Part shown: positions 1 through 12,411 of the stretch, piece after piece
Layout of the letters: each line of letters opens with the position of its first letter
How positions within the stretch are numbered: the stretch's first letter is position 1
Notes under the pieces: model-generated
Seen by the model: only the letters and a program-made list of their open reading frames with translations
Database searches by the model: none
What the model was told of the DNA's origin: nothing
Translations under genes and position numbers: made by a program
Assembly: GCF_001194135.2 (NCBI RefSeq)
Contig: NC_068984.1
Coordinates: forward strand, 8,321,310-8,385,309
Reading direction: 5' to 3'
DNA length: 64,000 nt
Source of the DNA: Octopus bimaculoides
Taxonomy: Eukaryota

Positions 1-262
1 GTGTGCACACTCATGAAGGAATACAATAATGTACAAGTGGCCCAGCACGCCACGCAGACACGTACCCTTGACGTTGTTCTGAGGTAGGTTCAGCGTGACA
101 CACAATGTAACAAAGCTGGACGTTTGAATTACAGGTACAACTTATTTTCCCAGTAGATTGGACCAACCTGAAATAAATTACCTTGCTTAAGGACACACCA
201 CGCTGCTCTGTATGGAACTTATAACCTTACGATCGTCAACGCCATACGCTAATTACACGCAT
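1..262 (-). mobile_element. tRNA-derived CORE-like SINE (family D), cut by window start
   Basis: Minus strand reads tRNA-like head (ttagcgtatggcgttgacgatcgtaaggtt), CORE-like gtgtccttaagcaaggtaatttatttca, then a domain (tgtacctgta...cagctttgttaca...tgtgtcacgctgaac) also present at 24525-24640. Confidence 0.65.
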
Positions 263-275
263 TCATAATTAATTA

Positions 276-493
276 TTTCTACTCAAGGCACAAGGCCTTG
301 AAAATTTTTTGGGGGAAGGGGAATAGTCGATTAAATCGACCCCAATGTGTAACTGGTACTTATTTCATCGACTCCGAAATGATGAAAGGCAAAATCGACC
401 TCGGCGTAATTTGAACTCCGAACCTAACGGCAGACGAAATATCGCTAAGCATTTCGCTCGGCGTGCTAACGATTCTACCACCTCACCGCTTTA
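276..493 (-). mobile_element. tRNA-derived SINE family A (type-2 tail)
   Basis: Reverse complement matches the many copies of ggcgagctggcagaaacgttagcacgcc...gagttcaaattcc...tttcatcctttcggggtcgataaa...ggccttgtgcct...gagtagaaa; B-box-like GTTCAAATT. Confidence 0.85.
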
Positions 494-709
494 CACGCCT
501 TTATTAATGTGAAATAATCATAACAGCAACATCAATAGTCTTCTTAGCCTACTTATGCTGTACTGGAATCCGCATCATTGCAAATACATCTGCACACTGC
601 ATCGCCATTCGATCAGGCCACCACCAGAACCCATTGACATTACGGAAGAGATTTTTGTCTTAAATAACTTAGTTAAATGAAAAGGCGAAAACGCGAGACT
701 AAGTTGTTA

Positions 710-920
710 AGATGCCCTCCCCCGCCATGATCGTAACATCCTGATTCTGTTTCCCGGCCTGGGCGGTGCGCTGTGTTTTTGAACGGAACACTTAAATTCA
801 CGTTACTCCGCGATCACTTCGACATCTAACACGTGGCATCTGACCCTCCAGCAGTGAAGGCGATGTTGATTTAATGGACAGAATTAGCTGATGTACAGCA
901 CAAGCATTTAATCATTTTAA
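710..920 (+). mobile_element. Degenerate CORE-like SINE
   Basis: ctgtgtttttgaacggaacacttaaattcacgttactcc resembles the CORE-like segment of the copies at 9290 and 38800; head is heavily diverged. Confidence 0.4.
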
Positions 921-1049
921 ACAAATGTTAGGTACAGGTTCACCAGCAAAAAATTGCGGATCCCTCATCTGCCGTCTAAGATACAAACTCCGCTTTGATG
1001 CAAAAGGGTAGCATTTAAGAGTTATTTCCTCAGCTAATAATCCAGATTC

Positions 1050-1255
1050 TTTCAGTCATTGGACTGCGTGCCATACTGGACACAGTCTTGAAAGATTTAG
1101 TCGCTCATTATTATTATTATTTTTTTGTTTCTGGTATGTATTTAGTGAGTGCCATTTGTCGAACCCATAGGTTTAGGGGAACGAAAACAACTCAACCTCC
1201 ATTGTAAAGCAGTGTGGTGAGACAAATACAGACACGAAAACACAGTCACATGTGA
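1050..1255 (-). mobile_element. 3' domain (module B) of bipartite SINE, solo copy
   Basis: ttcagtcattggactgcgtgccatactgg...ttagtcg...gacaaatacagacac matches module B copies at 8702, 41135, 48300 and 48615. Confidence 0.7.
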
Positions 1256-1439
1256 ATCGATGGCCATTTTGTTTCCTCCATCTTCCTTTTCTATTGGACT
1301 TTGCTCTGTTTCTGAAGAAGAGCTTTGCTCGAAACGTTAAGCCACCTTTCTTTCCTTCTCTGAGCGGTTGTTAATACTTTACATGTACCACGTCCTCGCG
1401 TTGTTGTTTTCTTGTGTTTGCTTTTCGTTCTTTTGGCTC
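1256..1439 (+). mobile_element. Short Penelope-like non-autonomous element with hammerhead motif
   Basis: Pyrimidine-rich leader, hammerhead motif at 1308-1342, and a downstream segment (gagcg...gtcctcgcgttgttgtttt) related to the 29903 and 63610 elements; runs into a gap and (TA)n. Confidence 0.6.
1308..1342 (+). ncRNA. Minimal type-I hammerhead ribozyme-like motif
   Basis: GUUU-CUGAAGA-A-GAGC UUU GCUC-GAAAC-GUU-AAGC: canonical CUGANGA and GAAA, 4-bp helix II, 4-bp helix I, palindromic ACGU helix III. Confidence 0.65.
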
Positions 1440-2278
1440 NNNNNNNNNNNNNNNNNNNNNNNNNNNNNNNNNNNNNNNNNNNNNNNNNNNNNNNNNNNNN
1501 NNNNNNNNNNNNNNNNNNNNNNNNNNNNNNNNNNNNNNATATATATATATATATAGATATATATAGGACAAGACACCCGCACAATTTCCGTGCATTGAAT
1601 TCTCTCTCAAGATTGGTCAGCCAGGAGATGTAGTAGAATACACTGACCCAAGGTATATCTATGACGACTCAAAATTTTAAAGGACAAAGTTAATTCGAAG
1701 ACTACAGATCCAGTTCATCACTGGATCTGAAAAAATCTGTAAAACTTTCAAGAAGTTTATCATTTAGATGTATATGAGCATGTCTAGATATGCAACTATA
1801 TGCATGAGAATACATACATAAAGCAAAACATACAAATCAGCACATACATACATACATACATACATACATACATACATACATACATACATAGCTGTTTGGG
1901 ACAAACTAGAAAAAGTATGTAACATCATAAAGGTCAACTGTCTCTTCTAATATCAAAAAGGAACAGGATAACTACAGGCTACTGCGTCAAAATCTCCAGC
2001 TTTCACATTAAGATGATGAATTCATATTTATACCGAAAACTTCTTGAAAAAAATACAGTTTTCAGGAAAAACGATATCAACCATCTAGCATGCGATCATT
2101 CAAATACGATCTGTAAACGGTGCAGTAAATATGTGTCTGATCTTTCTATTTCAGAATAGGAATTCGTTTTTGTTATCTACATCATACGGGAGAGAATTTG
2201 TAGTTTTGTTAGAAACCAGATACCTCCTTACAAGAATTGAAACAATTTTAAATACTGGGGAAAATAGATACATGATGC

Positions 2279-2695
2279 AGGCGTGGCTGTGTCGTAACAA
2301 GATTCCTTCCCATCCATATGGGTCCAAGTTCAGTCCCACTGAGTGAAACTTTGGGCAAGTGTCTTCTTGTATAGACGTGCGCCTACCAAAACCTTGAGTG
2401 TGGATTTGATAAGCGGAAACTGAAAGAAACCCATCGTATAAGGCGGCGAGCTGGCAGAAACGTTAGCACGCCGGGTGAAATGCTTTCGTTCGTCTTTGCG
2501 TTCTGAGTTCAAATTCCACTGAGAAAGATTTTACTTTTCATCCTTTCGGGGTCGATAAATGAAGTACCAGTTACGCACTGGGCTCGATGTAATCGACTTA
2601 ATCCCTTTGTCAGTCCTTGTTTGTGCCCTCTATGTTTAGACCCTTGTGGGCAATAAAGAAATAAGAAACCCATCGTATGTGTGTGTGTGTGTGTG

Positions 2696-2739
<44 letters not shown>

Positions 2740-2950
2740 CCTTTATTTCCGAATTTGTCTCCTCACCACAGCTTGAAAACCTGTGTTGGTTTGTGTATGT
2801 TCCTGTAACTTAGCGGTCCGATGTAAAACGGACAGAATAAGGACCAGGCTTCAAAAAAAATTACGGATGCTGATTTTTCAACTAAAAACCCTCGAAGGTG
2901 GTGCCTCAGCATGGCCATTGTTCAGTGACTTGAAGAAGTAAAAGATGAAA
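2279..2950 (+). mobile_element. Bipartite SINE (tRNA/CORE head C + internal (GT)n + module B) with nested family A copy
   Basis: Head aggcgtggctgtgt...tgggcaagtgtcttct...ggaaactgaaagaaacccatcgtat, then (GT)n, then module B ending gtaaaagatgaaa. Confidence 0.75.
2440..2662 (+). mobile_element. SINE family A (type-1 tail) with 16-bp target-site duplication
   Basis: Full head and tail cccttgtgggcaataaagaaat, flanked by aagaaacccatcgtat at 2424-2439 and 2663-2678. Confidence 0.9.
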
Positions 2951-3298
2951 TATAAAAGATACATACGTACATACATACATACAGCCGGAGAGAGACACAC
3001 ACACATACACAAACACACACATACATACATACATGCATGCATGCATGCATACATACATACATACATACATACATACATACATACATAGTTACATACGTAT
3101 ATATGTACGTACATAGATACACAGAAACATACATAATTATATAAATAATTTTGAAAACAAAACCAAAGAATATTGGCAGACCATTCCAATAGAAACAACA
3201 ACCTACAATGAATCCAACAGACCAAACATAATTGATGGGACTGGGAATAAGAACTGTACACTTTCGTGAACAACTGTTGCAGAACTACAACACACACG

Positions 3299-3345
<47 letters not shown>

Positions 3346-3508
3346 CTAATTTTGCAAAGGATAATAGTTTTAAAAAGGATAATTTTGCAATGGATAATAG
3401 TTTTAAAAATTACATTCTCGTTACTGTTTGTTTTTATTCAGTTACAATGAAAGCAATTCTAAATGAATCTAATGGGTTACTCCTTAATTTTGGAGAGTAG
3501 AAACTTAT

Positions 3509-3641
3509 CATTCTTAAGCAAGAATATTGTTGACTGTGACTTCGAATATCATGACAGTTAACCCATCGTCTGACAGTCCGACGACCTTTTAACCGAGCGA
3601 AACTTCGAAGTCACTGTCAACAGTATTCTTGCTTAAGAATG
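3509..3641. mobile_element. MITE-like inverted-repeat element
   Basis: 38-bp arms (cattcttaagcaagaatattgttgactgtgacttcgaa) at 3509-3546 and 3604-3641 with 2 mismatches; a related cgaaacttcgatgtcac motif occurs near 29620. Confidence 0.75.
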
Positions 3642-4559
3642 CTAAAATTAATCCCAAATACACAGATTTCTTTCCTGATTGCAGCTTAGTTTTCCTTGCG
3701 AATTGTTTCCATTTGATCGCAAAAGATGCTAGGTTGGTTTTCTCTACTTTTCATTAAAATTTCTTTAGCAAACATGCACAAACGAACATTGAAAGCCAAT
3801 GGTTATAATTTCAGAAGAGCATTGTCGGAGTAGATTAATGGTTAATGTTTGAGTTTCGCTACAACATATAACAAGGAGAATAAATCTTATTGCATAAAGG
3901 AGAAATCTGATTTTCGCGATAATTGAATGTGACATATCAAAGTATATTTTGAACACTGCTAATTAATTTTTACTGATCTGTCAATAAGACACAGAAACGC
4001 AGCTAATGATGATGTTCTTTGCTTTGAGCTGGCTGTTATATACATGCTATACCATGTGACATTGATCAAATCATGGCTTCTGTTATTGCATGTTTTAATT
4101 AGATTGACTATGTATCAGTTCGATCGCATATATCGCATGGAAGTATATAGAATGATATAACGATGATATTCTTTGATGGCCTTAAGCTTTTGTCCGATAA
4201 AGTCCACAGTAAATATATGAAAAGGCAAAATCAAGAACCAAATTTATTGTTAATATATGTCAAGCGTTCTTATCCGTTATAAGTATTAAACACGAATAGC
4301 GCAAAGTAATCAGCACACATAAGAACTGTTCAAACGAAATAGATTTTGAAGAATTACAGATTTAACTTCTTGGGAGATATTATGTGAATGAAAAATTATA
4401 TTTATCACATGTTTGTGGGTCCAATACAAATTCCAGCTTGGCACGTGGCGCGAATGACACCAGCGAGAGCTGCAATTTGAAAAGGGTACGAAAAACAAAC
4501 CGTACCGCACCATCAATCATGCGGATTAACAAGGGATGCGTTCAGCTTTGAGGCGAAGG

Positions 4560-4800
4560 TGCTCGTTCGAAAAATGCTGGTACAACGAACAATAAAGCTG
4601 CAAATTACTTTGGGAAGCGTAGAGTGGAAATACAAACGAAGAGTGTCCCAGGAATCTGAAGCTACTCCACGAGGGAACATTGGAAAGTGTAATGGAGTTT
4701 ACTTCTGATAGGATCCTACGGAGGCAGTATCTGATAGCTCTGCCCCCCCCCCGCGACTCTCCAAAGAATTGTCGACGGAGGAAATGGATGGATAGATATT
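4560..4800 (+). mobile_element. Probable LINE 3' end with (GGAT)n tail
   Basis: Shares cttctgatagga.cc.a.ggag and a ggatggata tail with 35790-36125. Confidence 0.35.
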
Positions 4801-5094
4801 TTTACCATATACTTAAATTTCACCTGAAAATTATTCATAATTTCATTCTCGTATAGTTGGTAAAACATACTGATTGGTTTGGTTTATATTGCTATATACA
4901 TTCACCTGCTGGTTGAACCGGTGATAAATGCAATGCGTACCTAATACGGTTTCAGGGTCCATGAATCAGGCAGAGAAAAGTGATGATGTTATCTGGAAAC
5001 CGGCGATATTTTATAAATATCTGAAATAGACGGGTCCAGACAGATATCGTTTATCTTTTTTTTTATCTTCCACTTTATTTTATCGTTCATTTAT

Positions 5095-5255
5095 TTTAGT
5101 CATCGAACTGCAGCCATGCTGGGGCAGAGCCTAGAAGATTTTTAATCGAACAAATTTTCTCCAGTATTTATGTTTTTCAACAGTCAGTTGCTTATCCTTT
5201 CGTACTCTTTTGCTGAACCGCTCTGAGACGTAAAGAAACCAACATCGGCTGTTTT
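5095..5255 (-). mobile_element. Module B solo copy
   Basis: gtcatcgaactgcagccatgctggggca...ttttgctgaaccgct...accaacatcggctgt. Confidence 0.7.
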
Positions 5256-5338
5256 TTGTTTTTTTTTGTTTTGCTTATAGAGTCGTACTTTCAAACATAT
5301 GGACCTATATTGAATGAATGCCAGCCATTTATTTTTAA

Positions 5339-5700
5339 CAGGCGTGGCTATTTGATTAAGAAGCTTTCTATTTAATCATATGACTTCGGGTTCAAACATG
5401 ATGTGTGGCAACTTGGAAAACTGTCTTTCTTTTACTTTGACCAAGGATCAACCAAAGCATTCTGAGTGGATTTGGTAAATGGAAACGTGAAGAGGCCCTT
5501 TTTATATCTATATATGTATATACGGGGTTAGTTTGTGTGTATCCTTGTTTTGACATCACCTGATGGTTGTATATATCATACAAGTGAAATGGATCGTTTC
5601 CAGTCTTCAGTCGGAAACATTTCCTGGCCATGGAGAAATACTACTTTGCCTGGAAAAGGGTGAGATTAGATGACAGTTTTGGCATTCCGACGTAGAAGAC
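5339..5700 (+). mobile_element. Head-C SINE with an alternative 3' half
   Basis: Head C (ggcgtggct...gagtggatttggtaaatggaaac), short (TA)n, then a 3' half unrelated to module B (tttccagtcttc...ggcattccgacgtagaa). Confidence 0.55.
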
Positions 5701-6604
5701 ACACTTTGACAAATACCATAGGACACATACACGCATCGAGTAGTTTATGTAAATGATAATGATGAAAATGATAATCTCCCGTCTCCTCTACAAGTATCTT
5801 TAAACCTTATCTGACACCAAAATGATGGGGTTACTGTATAGCATACACGAATAGGTTCTGCGGGAAAATTTAAGTATTCTTCCCGAGAATAATGCAACCG
5901 ATTTACGTTTACGAACAAACGTAAAACATTGATATTTAAACACAAGCGTTCGAACATTTACGAATACCAATAGATTCTAACATAAAGAGATGTACCAACA
6001 TCCAAACTGTCCGCGGTAATTTTCAGTTTTCTCTCTATTGAATAATGTCGGTTTACCGGAAATAGAGAAGAAATAAAACAGAATCAAATAATAAAATCAA
6101 CATGTTTCGTCGAACCATAAACCAAGCAACGGGAGCATAGATATAATTACATCAGCTTTCAGGCCGTTTAAAATCCATCTCACTTAGCATGGGATTTTGC
6201 TAATCTGCAGAAAGCATTATTTTTCCTTCAGAGCTGCTAGATTCAGATAAATGATAAGGCAGACTCTAACTTAAATATGTTAGTGCTTGCGTGACTTTGC
6301 AGACATTTTATTTTTCTTTCTTTCAAAACATTATTAATTTTCTCTTTCCAGTGTCTTTTTGTTTTTTTCTCTATTTCACTCGATTTTGCTAGCAAGCGGC
6401 AAATTATTAAATTAGAAGGAATAATAAAACAGCAAGCGGTGATAGTGCATTTTCCATTGTTGGCATAAAAATGAATGGAGAAATAAATCGAAACAATTAA
6501 CCTTTATCAATGGGAAACTATCTGAGTAATAAATATTAGATGGATCGAGCTAGCCATCCAAACGATTGGTTAGACGTTCGCTTTATTACAAGTCATTGCA
6601 TGGT

Positions 6605-6643
<39 letters not shown>

Positions 6644-6680
6644 TATAACAATATGTGAATGTATATATGTATATATATGC

Positions 6681-6753
<73 letters not shown>
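6605..6753. repeat. Compound (CA)n/(TA)n/(GT)n microsatellite
   Basis: Read directly from the sequence. Confidence 0.95.
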
Positions 6754-6756
<3 letters not shown>

Positions 6757-7093
6757 ATTTATCTAATCAGCATCCCTAAATCCCGGTCGCCTATCGTTCT
6801 ACACCATCATAGCTATTCAGCAGCCAATTGATACGCTATCAGTATTATCCTTACGAACACATATCACCATCCAAGCTTATGTCTCGTATCGAAGCTCAGC
6901 ATTTTATAAAATTTGCAATCAAACCTTGGCAAAGAAAAACAATAGACAATAAGTCCCAAGTAACTCTTCTCACAAACATACGCTAGGCTCTCCTTTGGGG
7001 TCTGATCAGTTTATCCATGATATATGAGCCTCAGCGTGTTGCTAATACGGTAGGTTAGAAGTGGCTGCATAGTGAAGTGATGGGCATCAGGAG

Positions 7094-7126
<33 letters not shown>

Positions 7127-8701
7127 GTGATGAAAATATTCTCAAATACGAATTATTTCTTTCTGTGATTTCATCTTCTGCCTCCACCAAACATCTGAAA
7201 ATATGCAATATGCAAAAAGTATCGTAAATATTGTAATTTATCGAATTCAGAAAACTTTTCATGTACAAGTAAATTACAGTACACACTCGTCCCTCCTTGT
7301 GGAGACAGGAGCTGAAGGCACACAAAATAAAAACATGTTTAAATCGTATTTCAGAGTAATTTCAGTTGCAATCTTTTAAAAGCTACTTGCAGAAAATGCA
7401 ATGAAAACTGTATCTTATCGTTAATAGATATAGGTGTTTTTTTCCACTCTTCCATTCTTCGATGCCTTTGTGGAAGCAGAAGGTATTGTCGCACAGTTGT
7501 AAGATTTTCCAGCAGTTATTTTGATGTCTATTCACAACTTTTCCGCATTACCCCCATCACGAAATAGAAATGGTGAAAAAAAGTTCCACGCTATAACACA
7601 GTGTGTCATTCACAGTAGTTTACAGACAAACTTAAACGCGTAGATATAGTGATAGATAAAATATAATTATAATCAAATTACAGAAATAAGGAAAGAAATA
7701 GACAAAGAAAAAAGATGAAAAGAAGGACTATAGATTACAATTCTATGTTCATGGTCAGATGATAAGTAGGAAGGAACAAACCGGAAGGACAAATCAAATT
7801 AAGCGTTTAACAATAATAAGGTGATAAAGTGATGCAGACGGACTATTTTTGCACTTATCACTTTTTCCTTTGTTCTTTCTTCTTTTTTTTTTTTACGGAC
7901 CTAAGTTACGTTCTGTTTTTCGCGACAAAACAACTGGATCCATTCTACACTCGAATCAACTTCTATTCGAAGTTAATTTATTACTGTCTGTCTTTTATAC
8001 CAGTTTCTAAAAGAGCAATTAGAGAAATAATTGAGTGGGTATATCCACTCAACCCAGTATACATAAATTAAGCATGATAATTTATAATAATTATGTTTGT
8101 AGTACGAATTAATCATAATAAAGTACTAATCGGGTAAGTGTAATTTTTATTATTTATTTACTAGTAGGTGGTTAAGCCCTTCCACCTGTTGTCCGTAGAG
8201 AGATAGGCCAAGTTGAAATTTAAAACCAAAAGACCAGCTATTGAGACCGTTAATCGGGGTATGATAACTAAATATATGAATGGGAAAATGAATGGTGTAT
8301 GTTGTAAGTGGCCCCAAAACGCTTAGGGTAGTAAAAAATAGATTTTAAAAAACATAATAATAATAATATGGAATGAATGTGAAGAGAGGTACCTATTCTG
8401 ATATTTAGGAAGTAAGGTGATTTATTTATTTATTTATTCAGGTGCATACATCCGATCATATACTCTTATCAACCATTACAAATTTTACATACACTTACAT
8501 ATGCACTCAAAGAATAGCAAAAGAATCTGATAAGGTGGACATTTCCTGCAAAACCACGAAATTTAAGGTCATGTGGAGGTGAGTCAAACTGCAATTAAAA
8601 GTAAATGTAACTCCAATTAAATGTATTTAGTACTACTTTATTTCGTATGTTCCCCCCCACACACACACACACAAGTAGACAAACACGTGTGTGCGTATAT
8701 T

Positions 8702-8968
8702 GTTTTATTCTTTTACTTGTTTCAGTCATTTGACTGCGGCCATGCAGGAGCACAACCTTTAGTCGAACAAGTCAACCCCAAGACTTATTTTTTGTAAGCT
8801 TTGTACTTCTATCGGTTTCTTTTGCCGGACCGCTGTTTTATGTGAACGTAAACACGAACATCGGTTGTCAAGTAATAGTGGGCGGATAAACACAGACACA
8901 CAAATACATACATACCTATACACACACACATACGCACACGCACACAAACACACACACACACACACACA
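8702..8968 (-). mobile_element. Module B copy ending in (CA)n
   Basis: ttcttttacttgtttcagtcatttgactgcggccatgc...cggttgtcaag...aaacacagacacac, running into a gap. Confidence 0.85.
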
Positions 8969-9289
8969 NNNNNNNNNNNNNNNNNNNNNNNNNNNNNNNN
9001 NNNNNNNNNNNNNNNNNNNNNNNNNNNNNNNNNNNNNNNNNNNNNNNNNNNNNNNNNNNNNNNNNNNNNNNNNNNNNNNNNNNNNNNNNNNNNNNNNNNN
9101 NNNNNNNNNNNNNNNNNNNNNNNNNNNNNNNNNNNNNNNNNNNNNNNNNNNNNNNNNNNNNNNNTATATATATATATATAGATAGATAGATAGATATGTA
9201 TATATATCACGGTACTAAGTTATTGACCAGAATATAGGATACTGTTATGCATCGCTGGTGACAATTCCCTGCGCATTGGTTTAGCCATA

Positions 9290-9490
9290 GAATGATGCCA
9301 CGCTGTTGGCTTCATGATCAAGCTAACAATCCCCATCGGGTAACTCAATCCGTTACAGGGTTACCCATTTTCAGATGAGTGGAGCAACGTCAAATGAAGT
9401 GTCTTGTTAAAGAAAACAACGCAGGTTGGGGAATCGAGTTAACGATCTAGTGATGTTGAGTTTAGCTCCATGAGCACTAGGCTAAGAATC
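9290..9490 (-). mobile_element. CORE-like tRNA SINE
   Basis: gagtggagcaacgtcaaatgaagtgtcttgttaaagaaaacaacgc...gggaatcga is the reverse complement of a tRNA B-box plus CORE-like segment. Confidence 0.6.
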
Positions 9491-11020
9491 TTCAAACACA
9501 CATACATACGTGCGTGTGTGTGTGTGTGTGCGTGTGTGTGTGTATGTATGTATGTATGTATGTATGTATGTATGCATGTATGTATGTGTGTATTTATGGA
9601 TGTATTGCACAGTTCACAAATGCTGAGAAAGCATTTAAAATTCCAAGAGAGAATAGAAAATATTGTTTTAATTTATTCACAAATAAACAAACGCCGCCAG
9701 TCACTCTAACCATGATCACATGTGTTGTCATTTGGTTTGATGAGGCAAAAAAAAGGCAGATTCTTTTGTTGGCTTCACATCTGCCTTGAAATGTTATGGA
9801 AAACCGCCATTGGCAAAACAATTATAATGTTGTATAATTGATGGCGATATTGATATTACATCATACGCTCTCATTGCATTCGATATCTCAATGTTAAGAT
9901 AAGTTATAACTTGATTAGACATATTCCAATATGCAGTTAACTTTGGAAATAATCTTTTCAAAAAATTAAACAGTATTTACTCGCTTCATTTATCAAAAGG
10001 ATTCAGTTGTTTTGCAGTCTTTTGAATTTCATTTATTTTATTTTATTTATGATTGTTTTTTGTATTTTTTCTCGAGACTGTTAAAACCCTTGTCATATTC
10101 TTCTGCATTAGACTGCTCGAGCGTGAATCGTTGCTCATTTTGCTGATGAAAATTGCCTATTCAGTAGAAATAGTCCTCATTATGTTGATAAGACTAGCAG
10201 AAATTACCATAGTAACAGTGAAATAACCTCAAATATTTATGCAAATGTAATTAGCTTTCTAAAGAGGCCTAAAATGCAAAGCAAAATCTTTTTGGCGTGT
10301 TGAAACATTTTAGCAAGAATTAACAATTTCTTTGATCAATAACCATTTGGATGAAATTAAACAAAACAAAAAACGCAAAGAATATAAACAAGTTTAGAAA
10401 AATTAAGAATTCTGATCAACAAAAGTTTTAGAAAGTAATGGAATCTGCATAAAAATTGGGTTTAATTGATGGTTTGTTTATTTATTATAGCAACCAATTA
10501 AGAAGTAAGAAAACATTATCTATTTCTGTTTTAATGTTTATCAATGTCTACTTGAGTTGATGTTAAATTTATATAAATGTCTATACGAAGATGAGTTGTA
10601 CTAAACTATGCACATTTTGTAGACATTAACACTACACTGGTCATTTGAAATCTAGTTACATAAACTATTAACGTTTATTCAGAGTTAAGTGTCCTATATT
10701 CTATAGTTAACGGATCATAAGTTTATTACGTATAGACCAACAGTAAAATAATCATGTGGTACCTATCTATAAATGCCGATTCAGCTTTAATGATGAGAAT
10801 ATAAGAGAGAAGACAAATATTTCTTTGTAATATGGTGATGACGTAAACTTGAGCTTTTACAAATAGCAGCCAACTGTACCAAAATCACATGCTTCAATTT
10901 TGAGGAATAGGGTGGAAGACATATTAAATAATGAGGCTATGAATATACAAAAAGCAGCGACGGCCACAACCAGAAGGTATTTAAACAGTTTGTAATTTTT
11001 GTTTATCTTCTAATGAAGAA

Positions 11021-11672
11021 GAAATGCGGGGCCCCTGGTAATAGAAAAACTGGTAATAGAAAAAGAGAAATGAAGCGCGGGGCCCCTGGTAATAGAAAAA
11101 GAGAAATGAAGCGCGGGGCCCCTGGTAATAGAAAAACTGGTAATAGAAANNNNNNNNNNNNNNNNNNNNNNNNNNNNNNNNNNNNNNNNNNNNNNNNNNN
11201 NNNNNNNNNNNNNNNNNNNNNNNNNNNNNNNNNNNNNNNNNNNNNNNNNNNNNNNNNNNNNNNNNNNNNNNNNNNNNNNNNNNNNNNNNNNNNNNNNNNN
11301 NNNNNNNNNNNNNNNNNNNNNNNNNNNNNNNNNNNNNNNNNNNNNNNNNNNNNNNNNNNNNNNNNNNNNNNNNNNNNNNNNNNNNNNNNNNNNNNNNNNN
11401 NNNNNNNNNNNNNNNNNNNNNNNNNNNNNNNNNNNNNNNNNNNNNNNNNNNNNNNNNNNNNNNNNNNNNNNNNNNNNNNNNNNNNNNNNNNNNNNNNNNN
11501 NNNNNNNNNNNNNNNNNNNNNNNNNNNNNNNNNNNNNNNNGGTAATAGAAAAACTGGTAATAGAAAAAGAGAAATGAAGCGCGGGGCCCCTGGTAATAGA
11601 AAAACTGGTAATAGAAAAAGAGAAATGAAGCGCGGGGCCCCTGGTAATAGAAAAACTGGTAATAGAAAAAGA
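11021..11672. repeat. Composite minisatellite (15-bp and 36-bp units) spanning a gap
   Basis: Units ggtaatagaaaaact and ggtaatagaaaaagagaaatgaagcgcggggcccct occur on both sides of the N run. Confidence 0.9.
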
Positions 11673-11994
11673 GAGATGAAGCCCAATTAGAAGACATGAC
11701 CTGAATGCTTGAAACAAAATGGAGCCCGTGAAAAGCATGTAAGACGCAAATTTGTGGGGTTAAACAGAGGAATGGATTAAAGCTGCCACCCCCAAGTAGG
11801 CGCTGGCGGTATTTGAACTCAGAATAAAAGAACTCAGACAAATACCACAAGCCATCCAGTCAGACGTCCCTACACTTCAGCCAGACGGTTATTTTTTTTT
11901 ATGAATATTTCGCGGTACATCTTCCATTTCGCAGCAATACATATTTCATGAAATCCGTATATACAGCGGTTATTTTTGTAATTATAGGAACAAG

Positions 11995-12110
11995 TACGGC
12001 TGTCTGGTAAGAGGTATGCTTCGCAACCACGTAGTTCCGGGTTCAGTCTCACTGTGTGGCAGTTAAATTTTTTCTATTGTAGTCTCGGTTTGACCGTATA
12101 GAAATAGATA
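11995..12110 (+). mobile_element. Truncated head-C SINE
   Basis: ggctgtctggtaagagg...gggttcagtctcactgtgtggca, a tRNA-like head. Confidence 0.6.
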
Positions 12111-12209
12111 TAAACAAATATATATATTTATACATGTCCGAATACCGCCAGCGCCTAATGACAGAAGCACGTAGCAGATAAAAGCCAGAGACAATATTAA
12201 AGAATGGCT

Positions 12210-12370
12210 CAGGAGTGTCCGTGTGGTAAGTAGCTCACTTACCAACCACAAAGTTTCGGGTCCAATCCCACTGCGTGGTACCTTGGGCAAGTGTCTTCTA
12301 CTATAGCCTCGGGCCAACCAAAGCCTTGTGAGTGGATTTGGTAGATGGAAACTGAAAGTACCCTGTCGTA

Positions 12371-12411
<41 letters not shown>

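Noticed and set aside
11021-11672. Possible CRISPR-like repeat array
   Set aside because: Units are directly adjacent with no unique spacers, there are no cas genes, and the context is eukaryotic.
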